Source: Eledone cirrhosa
Taxonomy: Eukaryota
Assembly: GCA_964016885.1 (NCBI GenBank)
Contig: OZ024741.1
Location: 379,440,001-379,504,000 of the forward strand
DNA: 64,000 bases
Direction: 5' to 3'
Part shown: piece by piece, positions 40,885-55,590 of the stretch
Layout of the letters: every line of letters starts with the position of its first letter
How positions within the stretch are numbered: position 1 is the stretch's first letter
Translations under genes and position numbers: made by a program
The notes under the pieces: model-generated
The model's input: only the letters and a program-made list of their open reading frames with translations
Databases searched by the model: none
Told to the model about the DNA's origin: nothing

Positions 40885-42157
40885 TTGTTACATAATAAGG
40901 TTATGTTTCCGAGGCAATCCAAATTGAATCGACATGGGAACGGACGAAGTATGTGCTTTTGGTTTCTTCATCCGGTCCCCCGTGAGTACCAATTCACCCC
41001 CACTGGTCTGCGCAGGCGCAGGTCCAGGGGGAAGTTGACCATTAGCTTCAGCAGATTTAAACGAAATTCGCTTAGTCAATTCCCTCTCTCAGCCAGACAA
41101 TGACCCATTCAAGCCTGCACCATAGTTTACTGATACCCATCCCATCTGTGGCAGTCAGCCGAAAGCCAGTGGGGATGGGAGAGTGTTAGTATTTAGAGGT
41201 CTCTTTACTACCTCTCACTAATCATGGATACTATAACTGATCACGAACCCCTAAGAGGATATATTTAATTCTATGTATCATAGTTTCATATTAGAAGTTA
41301 TAAGTGAAATTAGAACGTAAAATTACAATTTAAAATCGAAAATACTAAATCAAGTATCAGAAATTATAAATTAAAAAATTAACAATTAGAAATTAAGCAA
41401 TTACAGATTTTTCAAGTGAGAATCCGGATTGAGGTGAATAAAAAAATGATAGATTGAAGTGAGTAAATAATATGCAGAGAGATGTTTAAGTAAGAAGTTC
41501 TGAAAGGGGTACTAATGTTACAGTTACACTATCTACATACTGAACGATGGTGCCGTACAGTAAAACTGAGGGTAAATTACAGTATTACGGGTAGTAGTCA
41601 ATCGGGTACATAGTCGTAATTTCCATCACATGGAACAAAAACTACAAAAAACATATATAAAGTACACAAAAGAAAAGAACCAATGAATAAATAAATGAAT
41701 GAATGAATGAATGAGTGAATGAATGAATGAATGAATGAATGCAAAAACACAGAGTACATATATGCAAAATGATCCATATTATTGTCAATTTGTCCATTTA
41801 TAGATTGAATTGAGGGGACTTCTGTTCAAATGCGATTTGGTGCAGAAAAATAGGGGTTCATATTTGTTTCCTCGTATTTATCCTGCCGAAAGTTATTATT
41901 ATGTCCGTCCAGTGTCAAGGGTTTCCATCCCATGGTAGAGTGAATTTCCAGGGTTAGCTCATGGTTGGTTCCTCTCTTCTCCACCATATCGGTTACATCA
42001 TAGAGCACTCAACTAATTCGAGCTAAATTCTTAGGGTAAGCATTGATGCAATTCAAATCAAGCGCTCAACGTACTTATTCCACATAGGAGTTACGGAGTA
42101 AATATCGAATAAGGAAAAGCGAAGTAGATTCAGATGTTCAAGTCCTTTAATAATAAT

Positions 42158-42231
42158 GCTGTGATATATATTTCAATAGTGAAAGTGGCCACACTGTTCT
42201 GTGGGCCTGTCTCGCGACATCTTCAGACAGC
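42158..42231 (-). ncRNA. Type I HHR (second copy)
   Basis: As 40811-40884 but CUGAAGA; the core differs only at the free N7 position. Confidence 0.78.
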
Positions 42232-42969
42232 TTGTTACATAATAAGGTTGTGTTTCCGAGGCAATCTAAATTGAATCGACATGGTAACGGACGAAGTATG
42301 TGCTTTTGGGTTCTTCATCCGTTCCCCTGTGAGTACCAATTCACCCCACTGGTCTGCGCAGGCGCAGGTCCAGGGGGAAGTGGACCATTAGCTACAGCAG
42401 ATTTAAACGAAATTCGCTTAGTCAGTTCCCTCTCTCAGCCAGACAATGACCCATTCAAGCCTGGACCATAGTTTACTGCTTCCCATCCCGTCTGTGGCAG
42501 TCAGCCGAAAGCCAGTGGGGATGGGAGAGTGTTAGTATTTAGAGGTCTCTTTACTACCTCTCACTAATCATGGACAGTATAACTGACCATCAAGCCCTAA
42601 GAGGATATATTTAATTCTATGTATCATAGTTTCATATTGGAAGTTATAATTGAAATTAGAACTAAAAATTACAATTTAAAATCGAAAATACTAAACCAAG
42701 TATCAGAAATTATGAATTAAAAAATTAACAATTAGAAATTAAACAATTAAAGATTTTTCAAGTGAGAATTCGGATTGAGGTGAGTAAAAAAATGATAGAT
42801 TGAAGTGAGTAAATAATATGCAGAGAGCTGTTTAAGTAAAAGTTCTGAAAGGTGTCCTAATATTACAGTTACACTATCTACATACTGAACGATGGTGCCG
42901 TACAGTAAAACTGAGGGTAAATTACAGTATTACGGGTAGTACTCAATCGGGTACATAGTCGCAATTATA

Positions 42970-43495
42970 TATATAAATTAGAGAACATAGAAATAAAAAT
43001 AGAATCTACACACAGAAAAGACGCAATGTGTAGACAAATCACAGAGGCAATAAACATAAATGAACTCCAAACAAAATTAATAGAAAACATGAATGGAACA
43101 GCAACATCACAACTTACAATTAAGGACAAAATGAAAACACACACACATAGAACAAACAACCAACCAGTAACATGTACATAAACATATAAATAAACAAATA
43201 TACACACACACAGACACCCGGATGTAATACACGCGCAAACTAAGCACACAACACACACAAAAACAAGATGGCGTAGGACAGAACAAAGGAGAGGCACCAA
43301 AACAAAGAAAATAATCCCCAGTCACTGAAGAGGTCACATAATGTGTGACGAAAGAACTTTGACAATATATGAACAATCATCTGGTTGTGGAACCAACCAA
43401 CCAACCGGAAATTTATAAATTTAATTTATAATAAATTGGAGTGAAATCATTTTGTGCGTGTGTTACTTATTTGCAACATGACCCTCCCAAAGTAT

Positions 43496-43567
<72 letters not shown>

Positions 43568-43648
43568 TTATACTTTGGGAGGGTCATGTTGCAAATAAGT
43601 AACACACGCACCAAATGATTTCACTCCAATTTATTATAAATTAAATTT

Positions 43649-43689
<41 letters not shown>

Positions 43690-43950
43690 CTAGTCACTGA
43701 AGAGGTCACAGAATGTTTCACGAAATAACTTTGACAATACATGAACAACCGTCCGGTTGTCGAACCAGACAACCAACCGGAAATTTATAAATTCTTACAT
43801 TTATAAATTTAATTTATAATAAATTGGAGTGAAAGTATATGGTGCATGTGTTTCTTATTGGCAACTTGACCCTCCCAAAGCATAAGCATACCGGTTTCAA
43901 CACACGTTTTCAGATAAAGAATCTTGCTAAACAAATTCAGAAACGATATA
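42970..43950 (+). mobile_element. HHR-bearing pLTR-like family cluster (two direct copies plus an ~85-bp inverted repeat around (TA)n)
   Basis: Homologous to 6512-7036; inverted arms ~43412-43498 and 43567-43655. Confidence 0.7.
43321..43363 (+). ncRNA. HHR-like motif
   Basis: GUCA-CUGAAGA-g-GUCACAU(AAU)GUGUGAC-GAAA-GAAC-UU^UGAC; one extra G; degenerate copy at 43693-43735. Confidence 0.6.
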
Positions 43951-44029
43951 TATTTATATATATATATATATACATATATATTTACCTCTGCATTATTTGT
44001 AATAATTTAAACTCTCATTAGTTTTATAC

Positions 44030-44070
<41 letters not shown>

Positions 44071-44084
44071 TATGTTGGCACCCT

Positions 44085-45886
44085 AGTTGATGAAAATGGC
44101 ATACACCAGGACAATGCCAAGATCATGGGCGCGATACTGCAGAAACAATACTGCTGTTTTCAGCAACCCTGATATGGCCGATCTTGGCCGTATCTGTGAT
44201 ATTAACCCCGAACACACTATATCAGACATAACGTTTGGCGCCCGTGATGTATTAGCGGCAATAAACGAAATTAAACGCTCATCAGCAGTAGGCCCCGACA
44301 GGTTCCCTGCTTGTGTCCTGAGGGTGTGTCGACACATACTTGCAACTCCACTTGCTAATCTGGGGAGGATCTCACTGGACACTGGCTATATTCCTGAACA
44401 CTTTCTGTCCCAGTCCGTTGTCCCAGTCTTCAAAAAGGGAAATAAGTCCCTTCCAGTGAACTACCGTCCGATCTCACTCACCTCTCATATTATCAAGGTA
44501 TTTGAGAGGGTAGTGAGATCACGAATAACCCACTTTCTTGAAAGCAACGGCCTGCTGAACTCCAACCAACATGGGTTCCGTTATGGAAGGGACTACCTAA
44601 CGCAGCTCTTGCATTACTTTGACGATGTTTCGAGAGCCTTGAGAGAGGGCTCCAACACTGATGTCATCTACCTTGATTTCAGCAAGGCCTTCGACAGGGT
44701 TGATCATAAGATTCTACTGAAAAAACTATCCAATGTTGGTGTCTCTGGAAGGTTACTACAGTGGATTAAATGTTTCCTGACAGGTAGAACCCAGCATGTT
44801 GTAGTCGAAGGAGTAGAATCATGCCCTGCCAAAGTCAGCAGTGGCGTCCCACAAGGCACTGTGTTGGGCCCACTTTTTTCATCATCTACATTAATGACAT
44901 TACTGACATCATCAAAAACAGTAACATCAGAATCTTCGCAGATGATTCCAAGCTCCAAAGGGTCATCAATGAGGTGGGTGACCGGACGTACCTTCAGTCA
45001 GACTTACTGGTTGTTATCCAATGGGAAGAGATGAATAATATGATGTTGAATGAGGATGAATTTGAACTAATTCACTTTGGAAAAAAAGGATGCTCTGAAA
45101 CTACCATACTCTCTTCCTTCGGGTGAAATTCTGGTGGCTTCCAATAACATCAGAGACCTGGGAGTAATTGTGGACAGCAATATAAGCTGGGCCACTCATA
45201 TAAACAGCAAAGTTGATATGGCCCGCAGAGTGTGTTCCTGGATTCTCAGAACTTTCCAGTCGAGAGATATCCACACTGTACTCCTTCTCTTCTCCACTTT
45301 TGAATACTGTTGTCCACTGTGGTCACCCTACACGAAACAAAGTATCATGAAAGTTGAAGCAGCCCAAAGGTCAATTACAAAAATGATAGTTGGCATGACA
45401 GGCCTTGACTATTGGGGTAGATTAGAAAAGCTCAAACTGTATTCTCTTCAACGTGGCTGTGAGAGCTACATTATCTGTATGATGTGGAAAATATTCCATC
45501 AGCTTTTCCCAAATGATGTTGGCTTCATCTTTAGTGTACACGCAAGGATTGGGCCCCGTGCTATCCGCCCAGGACAAAAATCCCACTCGCATCACATAAC
45601 AACAATACGGCACAATTATTTCACCTCAATTGGCCCAGCACTCTTTAACATTACACCAAAAGCAGAGAGAAACCCCATCAATTTCGAGAAGTCTTTGGAT
45701 AAATTCCTTCAAGAAATCCCGGATAAGCCTCCTACACCCGGATATGTATCCGTAAACAATAACTCTCTGCTCGAGTGGGCCACGGTGCCCATACACTCAT
45801 TTGTAAGAATTTGCCAGGTGGTGCTATTAAGTTAGACATGGCCTGGGCCAATACTGGCCGAAAACTATCAAAGTTATCAAAGTTAT
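44085..45886 (+). mobile_element. 5'-truncated CR1-group LINE (RT domain), frameshifted
   Basis: VVPVFKKG..NYRPISLTS..QHGFR..YLDFSKAFDRV..SGVPQGTVLGP / IFADDSKL / RDLGVIVD..EYCCPLWSP; frameshifts near 44880 and 45080; 3' tandem tail (AAAGTTATC)n. Confidence 0.92.
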
Positions 45887-45967
45887 ATATATATATATGA
45901 AATTAATGAGAGTTTAAATTATTACATACAATGCTGAGGTAAATATATATATAAACAAATTCAGAAA

Positions 45968-46055
<88 letters not shown>

Positions 46056-46074
46056 TTATATATATATATTTATA

Positions 46075-46129
<55 letters not shown>

Positions 46130-46210
46130 TTACCTCGGCATTGTATGTAATAATTTAAACTCTCATTAGTTTTATATATTTATATATATATATAGATATA
46201 TAAAAACATA

Positions 46211-46910
46211 TAAATTATCGAGAATCGGAACTTCGGCCCACGAAATAACGAAACACAATCTTTGAAATGTGCGGCAAAGTGCTCAATGTTCTGATAAACC
46301 AGAGCTATAACTAACGTTTAATACCAACACACTGAGAGGATGCTTAAACAATCATTCGCACAGCCAAAAATACGACCAAGAAAATTCGGGTTAGACAAAT
46401 AAAAATATATATGAATGAAAAATTTACCCGGACTCCCTGGAAAGATGGTAAATTCCAGCATTTGGGTTTCTGCGGCTCCTAAATCAGTTACCGTAAGCCT
46501 ACATAAAAAATGTCCGGCTTCTGGCAAGATGATGTACAAGGTAGTCACTTTTTCAACAGGCGCTTAGTTCAATAATGCAAGGGAGAATCGTTACTAAATC
46601 CACGTGGGGACCAGCAAGGCAGGGAACCTCTATATTAGGCGAATGAATTCAGTTGTGTATGTTATTGTAAGAATACAAAATATCACAAATCGAATTAGAG
46701 TTCTCAACAGACGGGTTAAAATTAACATGAGCTATTCAACAGTCAATAGGATCAACTAAAAAATCAATAAAATTAACTGATCAATAGCTAGAGGCTGGAG
46801 ATAAATACAAATAAATTATCGAGAATCGGAACTTCGGCCCACGAAATAACGAAGAATAGAAAATATCACAAATCGAATTAGACGGGTTAAAATTAACATG
46901 AGCTATTCAT
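46211..46910. repeat. Unclassified element with internal direct repeats
   Basis: TAAATTATCGAGAATCGGAACTTCGGCCCACGAAATAACGAA at 46211 and 46812; AAATATCACAAATCGAATTAGA at ~46678 and ~46861. Confidence 0.6.
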
Positions 46911-46958
46911 ATATATATATAAATAAATATATATATAAATAAATATATATATAAATAC

Positions 46959-47417
46959 TTACAAGCAAATATCTGGGACTGCGATGGGTACAAAAGCCGC
47001 TCCAACTTATGCCAACTTATTCATGGCATACTTAGATGTCCAGATATATGAACAGTCCAAATCAAAATACGGATTGAACTTCCACAAATATTTATCAGAG
47101 AATTGGATACGCTACTTGTATGATTGTCTCATTCTTTGGTCCCACACACTCGACCAACTGAAGGATTTCAAAAACTTAATAAACGGCATCAATAACCACA
47201 TCCAATTCACAATGGAATACAGCCAAGATAAACTCCCATTTCTGGACATCTTAATCTTATAAAAAGACATAAATATCGAAACTGACATACACTACAAACC
47301 GACAGATTCCTAACAATACCTGCTATCCACCTCCAACCATCCAAAGCACACGAAGACGAACATTCCTTTTAACCTAGCTAGAACAATTTGCACAATTGTC
47401 TCCAATTATGAAACGCG
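46959..47417 (+). pseudogene. PLE RT fragment, near-identical to 38349-38667 over the overlap
   Basis: YKQISGTAMGTKAAPTYANLFMAYLD..WIRYLYD..LPFLDI..HYKPTDS*. Confidence 0.88.
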
Positions 47418-48890
47418 GTTGTATTAATGAACAATACACTCTGGTAATTATTGCTATCATACCATGAGTTTATTCTATTTACCTTATTCCTAGTTCGTTC
47501 TATTCTCTTCCAAAATTTGCTCTTATACAAGGGGCAGGTCCCATTTGTATCATTATTTACCATTTTTTCCCATTTGGTTCTCTGATTTTATCTCTCTGAT
47601 TGTAACCAGAGAACTTCATACGGTGGATGAAGTCTTGTATGTGTCTCTCTAGTTTTGGGGGTTGCATATGTGGGACACGTTTTTCATCACCCGTACCAAA
47701 TCCGCAATCAGTATGTTGCTTTTGGTGTGGTCCGAAACAGCTGAGTTTCGGTGGATCAGATATTTGGATATCATGGGTTTGGCATAATGGGAATGGAGGA
47801 TTTGTTTTTGGTTATTAATGGTTTCTAACCAGAGCTCTGTGTCTAGTACAGGTAATCGATTGTTGGGGCGTTTGCTTGGGTAGTCTATAGTAACTCTAAT
47901 ATTCTGGTGGATGGAGTCAGCTATTTGCTGGATGCTTTCCATGGTGTTTTTCTCTAATTACTGACTGTTCTCTAGTGGGGGTGTTTATACTACGATGTTT
48001 ATATCATCAACGTATCGGGAGTACATTATCAGGGTTAAAAGGTTGCTGTCTTCTAATTGTTCTTTAAGTTTAAGTTTAAGTCTATTGTCCCACCATACCA
48101 TGAATAGGTTAGCTATGTCACCTGCGATGCTAACACCAATGGCTGCTCCCTCCTCTTGGGCATATGTTTTTCCATTAAATATGAACATATTTTCCTTAAG
48201 GGTTAATGTTTGACTGGCCTCCACCGCATGTGCAATCATGTTCTTTAGTTCATCATGGTTTTCGGGGGTCCGTATGGCTCTGGTCCACCCGTTCCATCTA
48301 TTTGTGTGGGTTTTCTTGGCTATTGAGGTAATGATAGGTGGCCTGCATCGTGCTGGTCTTGTAGGGCACAGGTTGCTAAGGTCATATGGATCTAGATAAT
48401 TATTACTATACGTATGTTAAAGTAGATGTCCCAGCACACTGGTATCAATCCCACGGAATTCAAAATTGCTCTCACTGATCATTTCTACGCATTTCTCCAC
48501 AGCAAAATCCACGTCAATGGATGGATATAGGGACACAAAATCGATACTACCTAGTATACAGTTTGTTAGGTCCCTAGATCTGTTACTTTCGCTGATTCTG
48601 CTGAGGAGGTCCTCCGTGCTGTCACATATATCTGGGGACATTTCATTGCTGGGGCGTATGATCAGGGAAAGAAAGTAGGAAAGTCTGTAGTTACTATCAA
48701 TGTTAGCTCCACAGACTGGCCGTGTTGGTGGTCCTGTGACAGGGTCACTGCTAGTTTTATGGTCTTTTCGAAACCCATAAAACGCTCGCACGCCATTGTT
48801 CCAGGCCTGGAAGTTGTTGGAAGTCCTTTTATTGGGCTGCCTTATGTTTGTCCACATCATCATATGGGCATTGAGGGTTTTCTCCCTATC
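47418..48890 (-). mobile_element. Divergent PLE RT fragment (possibly Naiad/Chlamys type)
   Basis: FYGFRKDHK, PTRPVCGA, DFVSLYPSID, QEEGAAIGVSIAGDIANLFMVWWD, YSRYVDD, LPVLD, HYAKPM; frameshifted. Confidence 0.8.
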
Positions 48891-48976
48891 CTAATGCTCT
48901 TGTGGTAAAGCCTCAATGCCCATATGACTCTTCAGCAGAATAGGAGGCTGATTATATGTAAAAACATTATTAATAA

Positions 48977-49023
48977 TGCTCCGAAGACACCAAGCCTAGG
49001 CTTGGAAGAAACAATTGTCGGCA
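48977..49023 (+). ncRNA. HHR-like motif with CCGAAGA core
   Basis: UGCU-CCGAAGA-..CCAAG(CCUAGG)CUUGG..-GAAA-CAAUUG-UC^GGCA. Confidence 0.65.
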
Positions 49024-49060
49024 ATTAAATGTTCTAACATAGCTTTGTTTCTTGTGTACA

Positions 49061-49154
<94 letters not shown>

Positions 49155-49357
49155 ATATATATATATATATATATTAAATTACAAATATATATATATAATA
49201 TACAAATATGTATATATAAAATATATATATAAAATACAAATATATATATGTATACAAATATATATATATATATATATATATAAATACAAATATATATATG
49301 CAAATATATATATAAAATACAAATATACATATATATATATATTTATATTGTATATTG

Positions 49358-50022
<665 letters not shown>

Positions 50023-50029
50023 AAAAGGA

Positions 50030-50240
50030 AGGATCGACTTTCGTCAAATCGGACCGAGGGAACAATGTTTCCGTTGGTCTTTCCAATTGCTAATACTATC
50101 TATCGGTCGCAACTCCAGGTAGAAGGAGCAACGTGAAATAAAGTGTCTTGCTCAAGAACACAACGCATCGCCTGGTCCAGGAATCGAACTCACAACCTTA
50201 CGATTGCGATTCAAATTATATATTCACTCAGCCACACGCC
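50030..50240 (-). mobile_element. SINE family 2 with extended 3' tail
   Basis: Reverse complement of 59227-59437. Confidence 0.75.
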
Positions 50241-50255
50241 TATGTATACACATAA

Positions 50256-51536
<1,281 letters not shown>

Positions 51537-52342
51537 TTATATATATTTATTTATATTATTTTTTTTTTTTATTTTTTTTTATTTTTTATTTTTTTTTTTT
51601 TAATATATACCCATATATTCTTTAAAATATACCCATCTACCTTTCTTTAAAGGGCATTATACACTCTATAATACTCGTTTACTCATTACCCTCATTCTAT
51701 CTTCTCGTAAAACAATAACATTTGTTTTTGACATTTTGAATATTCATCCGCAATCATTATTATTTTTTCTCTCTATCATAAATCTTTTTAATCTCAATTT
51801 CATCCTTAATTTATTATTATTTTTTTCTCCCCATCAACGAACTCATTATTAATACATATGAATTCAATATACAAACTTTAACTTCACATTATTTTTCTCA
51901 AATCCTTCTACACATAAACCTTAACATTTTTCTCTTTGCTAATTTTGAAATTGCCACTATACATACATTTCTTCTTTTGACGTTAGAATATTCACCCACA
52001 ATTATTATTTTTTCTCTCTATCTTCATACATAATTTCCCTTCGTTAATTTTCAAATTCCTTTAATTTATACATTATCTTCCAACGGTTCCCAACCTCTCT
52101 ATATTAAAACATTATATCTTTTTCTCAGTTATAAAAACTATCTCTTTCTCTCTATCACCCATCTCTCCCTTTCCACCTTCACTCTCATCTCCTCCCCCTT
52201 TTTTTCATCCTTTCCACCCCCCCCCTCTCTAAATAAAATATTTTTCCCAATATCACACATCAATCTAAAACCACTTTTCATATGTTGATTTAAAACTGCA
52301 CTATCAACAAGTGTTTTTTAGCCTTCATATCATGTTCTCCTG

Positions 52343-52409
52343 TTTTATCTGATGAAAACACAAATATTATTGTTTGATGATGTTTGTTTTTGAAATGCGC
52401 ATAATAAAA
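52343..52409 (+). ncRNA. Type I HHR at the 3' end of a pyrimidine-rich UTR (~51600-52449)
   Basis: Same family as 31818-31884. Confidence 0.8.
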
Positions 52410-52441
52410 TATATGGAACTCCTTTAACCATCTTTTGATCT

Positions 52442-52551
<110 letters not shown>

Positions 52552-52630
52552 ATAAATTAACGGAGCCATAGGCCCGCGCCATTCCCTGTAAATAATGTGC
52601 TCAAAGGAGAAGAAATCCTGAGCTCTTTAA

Positions 52631-53168
<538 letters not shown>

Positions 53169-53173
53169 AATAG

Positions 53174-53246
<73 letters not shown>

Positions 53247-53251
<5 letters not shown>

Positions 53252-54191
53252 CACATGAGTCAAAGCTATGTTAGAATATTTAATTGCTGAGTCTTCGCAG
53301 CATTATTAATAATGATTTTACACATAATCAACCTCCAATTCTGCTGAAGAGTCATACAGATACACATTGTGGACAACACTGTGTGATGGGTAAGATTCAA
53401 CATTACAATTAAAAGCTTTTGGTGGAGCAATTGACAGAAAATAGAAGAGCGTCTAGTACATAAATAAAATTAAAGAGACAGTACGTGCGTTAGTCATACA
53501 TAAAGCAATTGAGCAGTCAAAAGTATCAAGCATATATGAATGTTGGGTGTTGCATAAAAAATACAAGCACATAAAGCAAGTGTGTTAATATATTATGGTG
53601 GTTGCAATGCTGAGATATTTTCAGTGAAGATCGAATTTGTGTGTGTGTAGAATAAGAAAGTTCCAGGTTTCACATCCATTACTTATGTCACGATGTATTT
53701 GTGTTGAGTGTTTGTTATAGTATTGGCTTGTAATGTAAAGTAACTTTGTCATATTTAGTCCGTACCGTATACTACATTTGTATAGCTGGGAGAATTTTCT
53801 ACTGTTTAATACCCGGAAGTGCGAATGGAAGTAAGAGGAGATAATGCGTAAGGGGAGGTAACTAGCCCATTATGATAATAATTAAACTCATTGTTCTACA
53901 TTGCTTTATGTATGACAAACGCACGTACTGTCTCTTTAATTTTATTTATGTATTAGACGCTCTTGTATTATCTGTCACATGCTCCACTAAAAGATTTTAA
54001 TTGTAATTTTGAATCTTACCCTTCACATACTGATGTCCACAATATGTATATGTATGACTCTTCAGCAGAATAGGAGGCTGATCATATGTAAAAACAGTAT
54101 TAATAATGCTCCGATGACTCCAAGCCTAGGCTTGGAAGAAACAATTGTCAGCAATTAAATGTTCTAACATAGCTTTGATTCTTGTGTATTC
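53247..54191. mobile_element. Fold-back element with ~260-290-bp arms (CCGA-HHR family)
   Basis: 53247-53509 versus 53900-54191; right arm matches 48925-49056; the left arm has the HHR hairpin deleted. Confidence 0.8.
54107..54153 (+). ncRNA. HHR-like motif with CCGAUGA core
   Basis: UGCU-CCGAUGA-cUCCAAG(CCUAGG)CUUGGAa-GAAA-CAAUUG-UC^AGCA. Confidence 0.68.
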
Positions 54192-54543
54192 AATATTATT
54201 GCTCTGTATAACAAATGATGTTCTTACATTGAGCTATGTATCTTACTGGTAATAAGGTAGTAATAAATTACTGACCTTACCTCTTTATAGTTGTATATAG
54301 TATATACATAACTATAAATAGTATCCTTAATATTATATATATATATATATATTAATTCAAATATTAACAAAATAGATATTCTTGTGATCAATTAAATGTT
54401 ATTATACATATTTCAGAGGTACTGAATTAACTTCAACAGTACATCCACATCAGATAAAATAGACTGATACATGACATACCCTGACATGGTAGATAGTTAA
54501 GATTTAATCAAGGTAGGGATTAACTTATGAGAAAACTCAATAT

Positions 54544-55590
54544 TTATACCCTAATATTGAGAACATGAGAAAACGTAATAGAATCAATCGAGTTAGTGCA
54601 AGGTTTCCTATTATAATTATATTTAGAGTTAATTGTCACATCCTTATTGTCAATGTATTTAATGTCATTACTATAGCCTGCTCTACCTATCGATTCGTTA
54701 TAATATTGTGCTTCATCTTCAAATATATTTTTATTCGTTGAAATTATAGAAATACGTTGCTGTACAGAATTTACAATAGTGTTTTTAACGGATCTGGGGT
54801 GATTGGAATTAAAGTTAACATAGTTTAAATTCTCATTTATTTTATGAAATGGATAATAAAAACCAGTATTAAGGTTTAAAGTTACATCTAAAAAATTAAC
54901 GATTTTATAATTATTCTCTACTTCTACTTTAAGATTAACGCTATTAAAAAAATTTAAAGCTCTAGTTAAGTGCATTCCTAAGACACACAGGTATTACTCA
55001 ATATTTAATAGACATACTATTAAACTCTCATATTCCACCACTATAAATTTAGCGCAGAATATTAATAGAATTAATAATAGAAACTTAAAACCTACCCAGA
55101 ATAGCATTAATACCCCTAGCTATATCCAATATAATGTTATGGCTCCCAATAATATAAATTCAGATAAATGTAATTGTAGAAATAAATCTAACTGTCCTCT
55201 AAATAATAATTGTTTAGTTAAAAATATAGTATACAATTGTAATGTCAAAACAAATGAAAACTCCTTTAACTATGTCGGGTCTACTTCCACAGACTTCAAA
55301 TCTCGTTTTAATAACCATAAATGTTCCTTTACGAATATTGGTAAAAAATCTTCAACTTCTATATCTAACTTATTATGCGACTTAAAATCCAAAAATGTTA
55401 ACTCTTCTTTACATTGGAAAATTATCTCCAAAGCTCCTTCATACACTGCTTTATCCAAAAATTGCTCACTTTGCGTTGAAGAAATATTCTTTATACTAAA
55501 AAGTAAGAACTCTATTAATTTGCGAAATAATTTATTTAGTTCCTGTAAACTTCGTTTAAACTCAACTTTTAAATACATATATAAAATTAT
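54544..55590 (+). mobile_element. PLE (CxCx5C/GIY-YIG type) with inverted 5' segment
   Basis: Minus 54975-54544: VNFLDVTLNL..YPFHK..SNHP..RIS; plus 54976 onward: THRYYSIFNRHTIKLSYS..CNCRNKSNCPLNNNCL..IVY..YVGST; AT-rich UTR follows. Confidence 0.85.

Larger units (their letters stand above)
40760..42965 (-). mobile_element. Non-coding HHR element, ~1.35-kb unit in 1.6 tandem copies
   Basis: Direct repeats 40760-41620 and 42108-42965; HHR in each; (TA)n flanks. Confidence 0.82.

Noticed and set aside
53341-53450. CUGAAGA-GUC as a further hammerhead
   Set aside because: No properly placed GAAA/stem III/stem I partner; the family HHR is on the opposite strand
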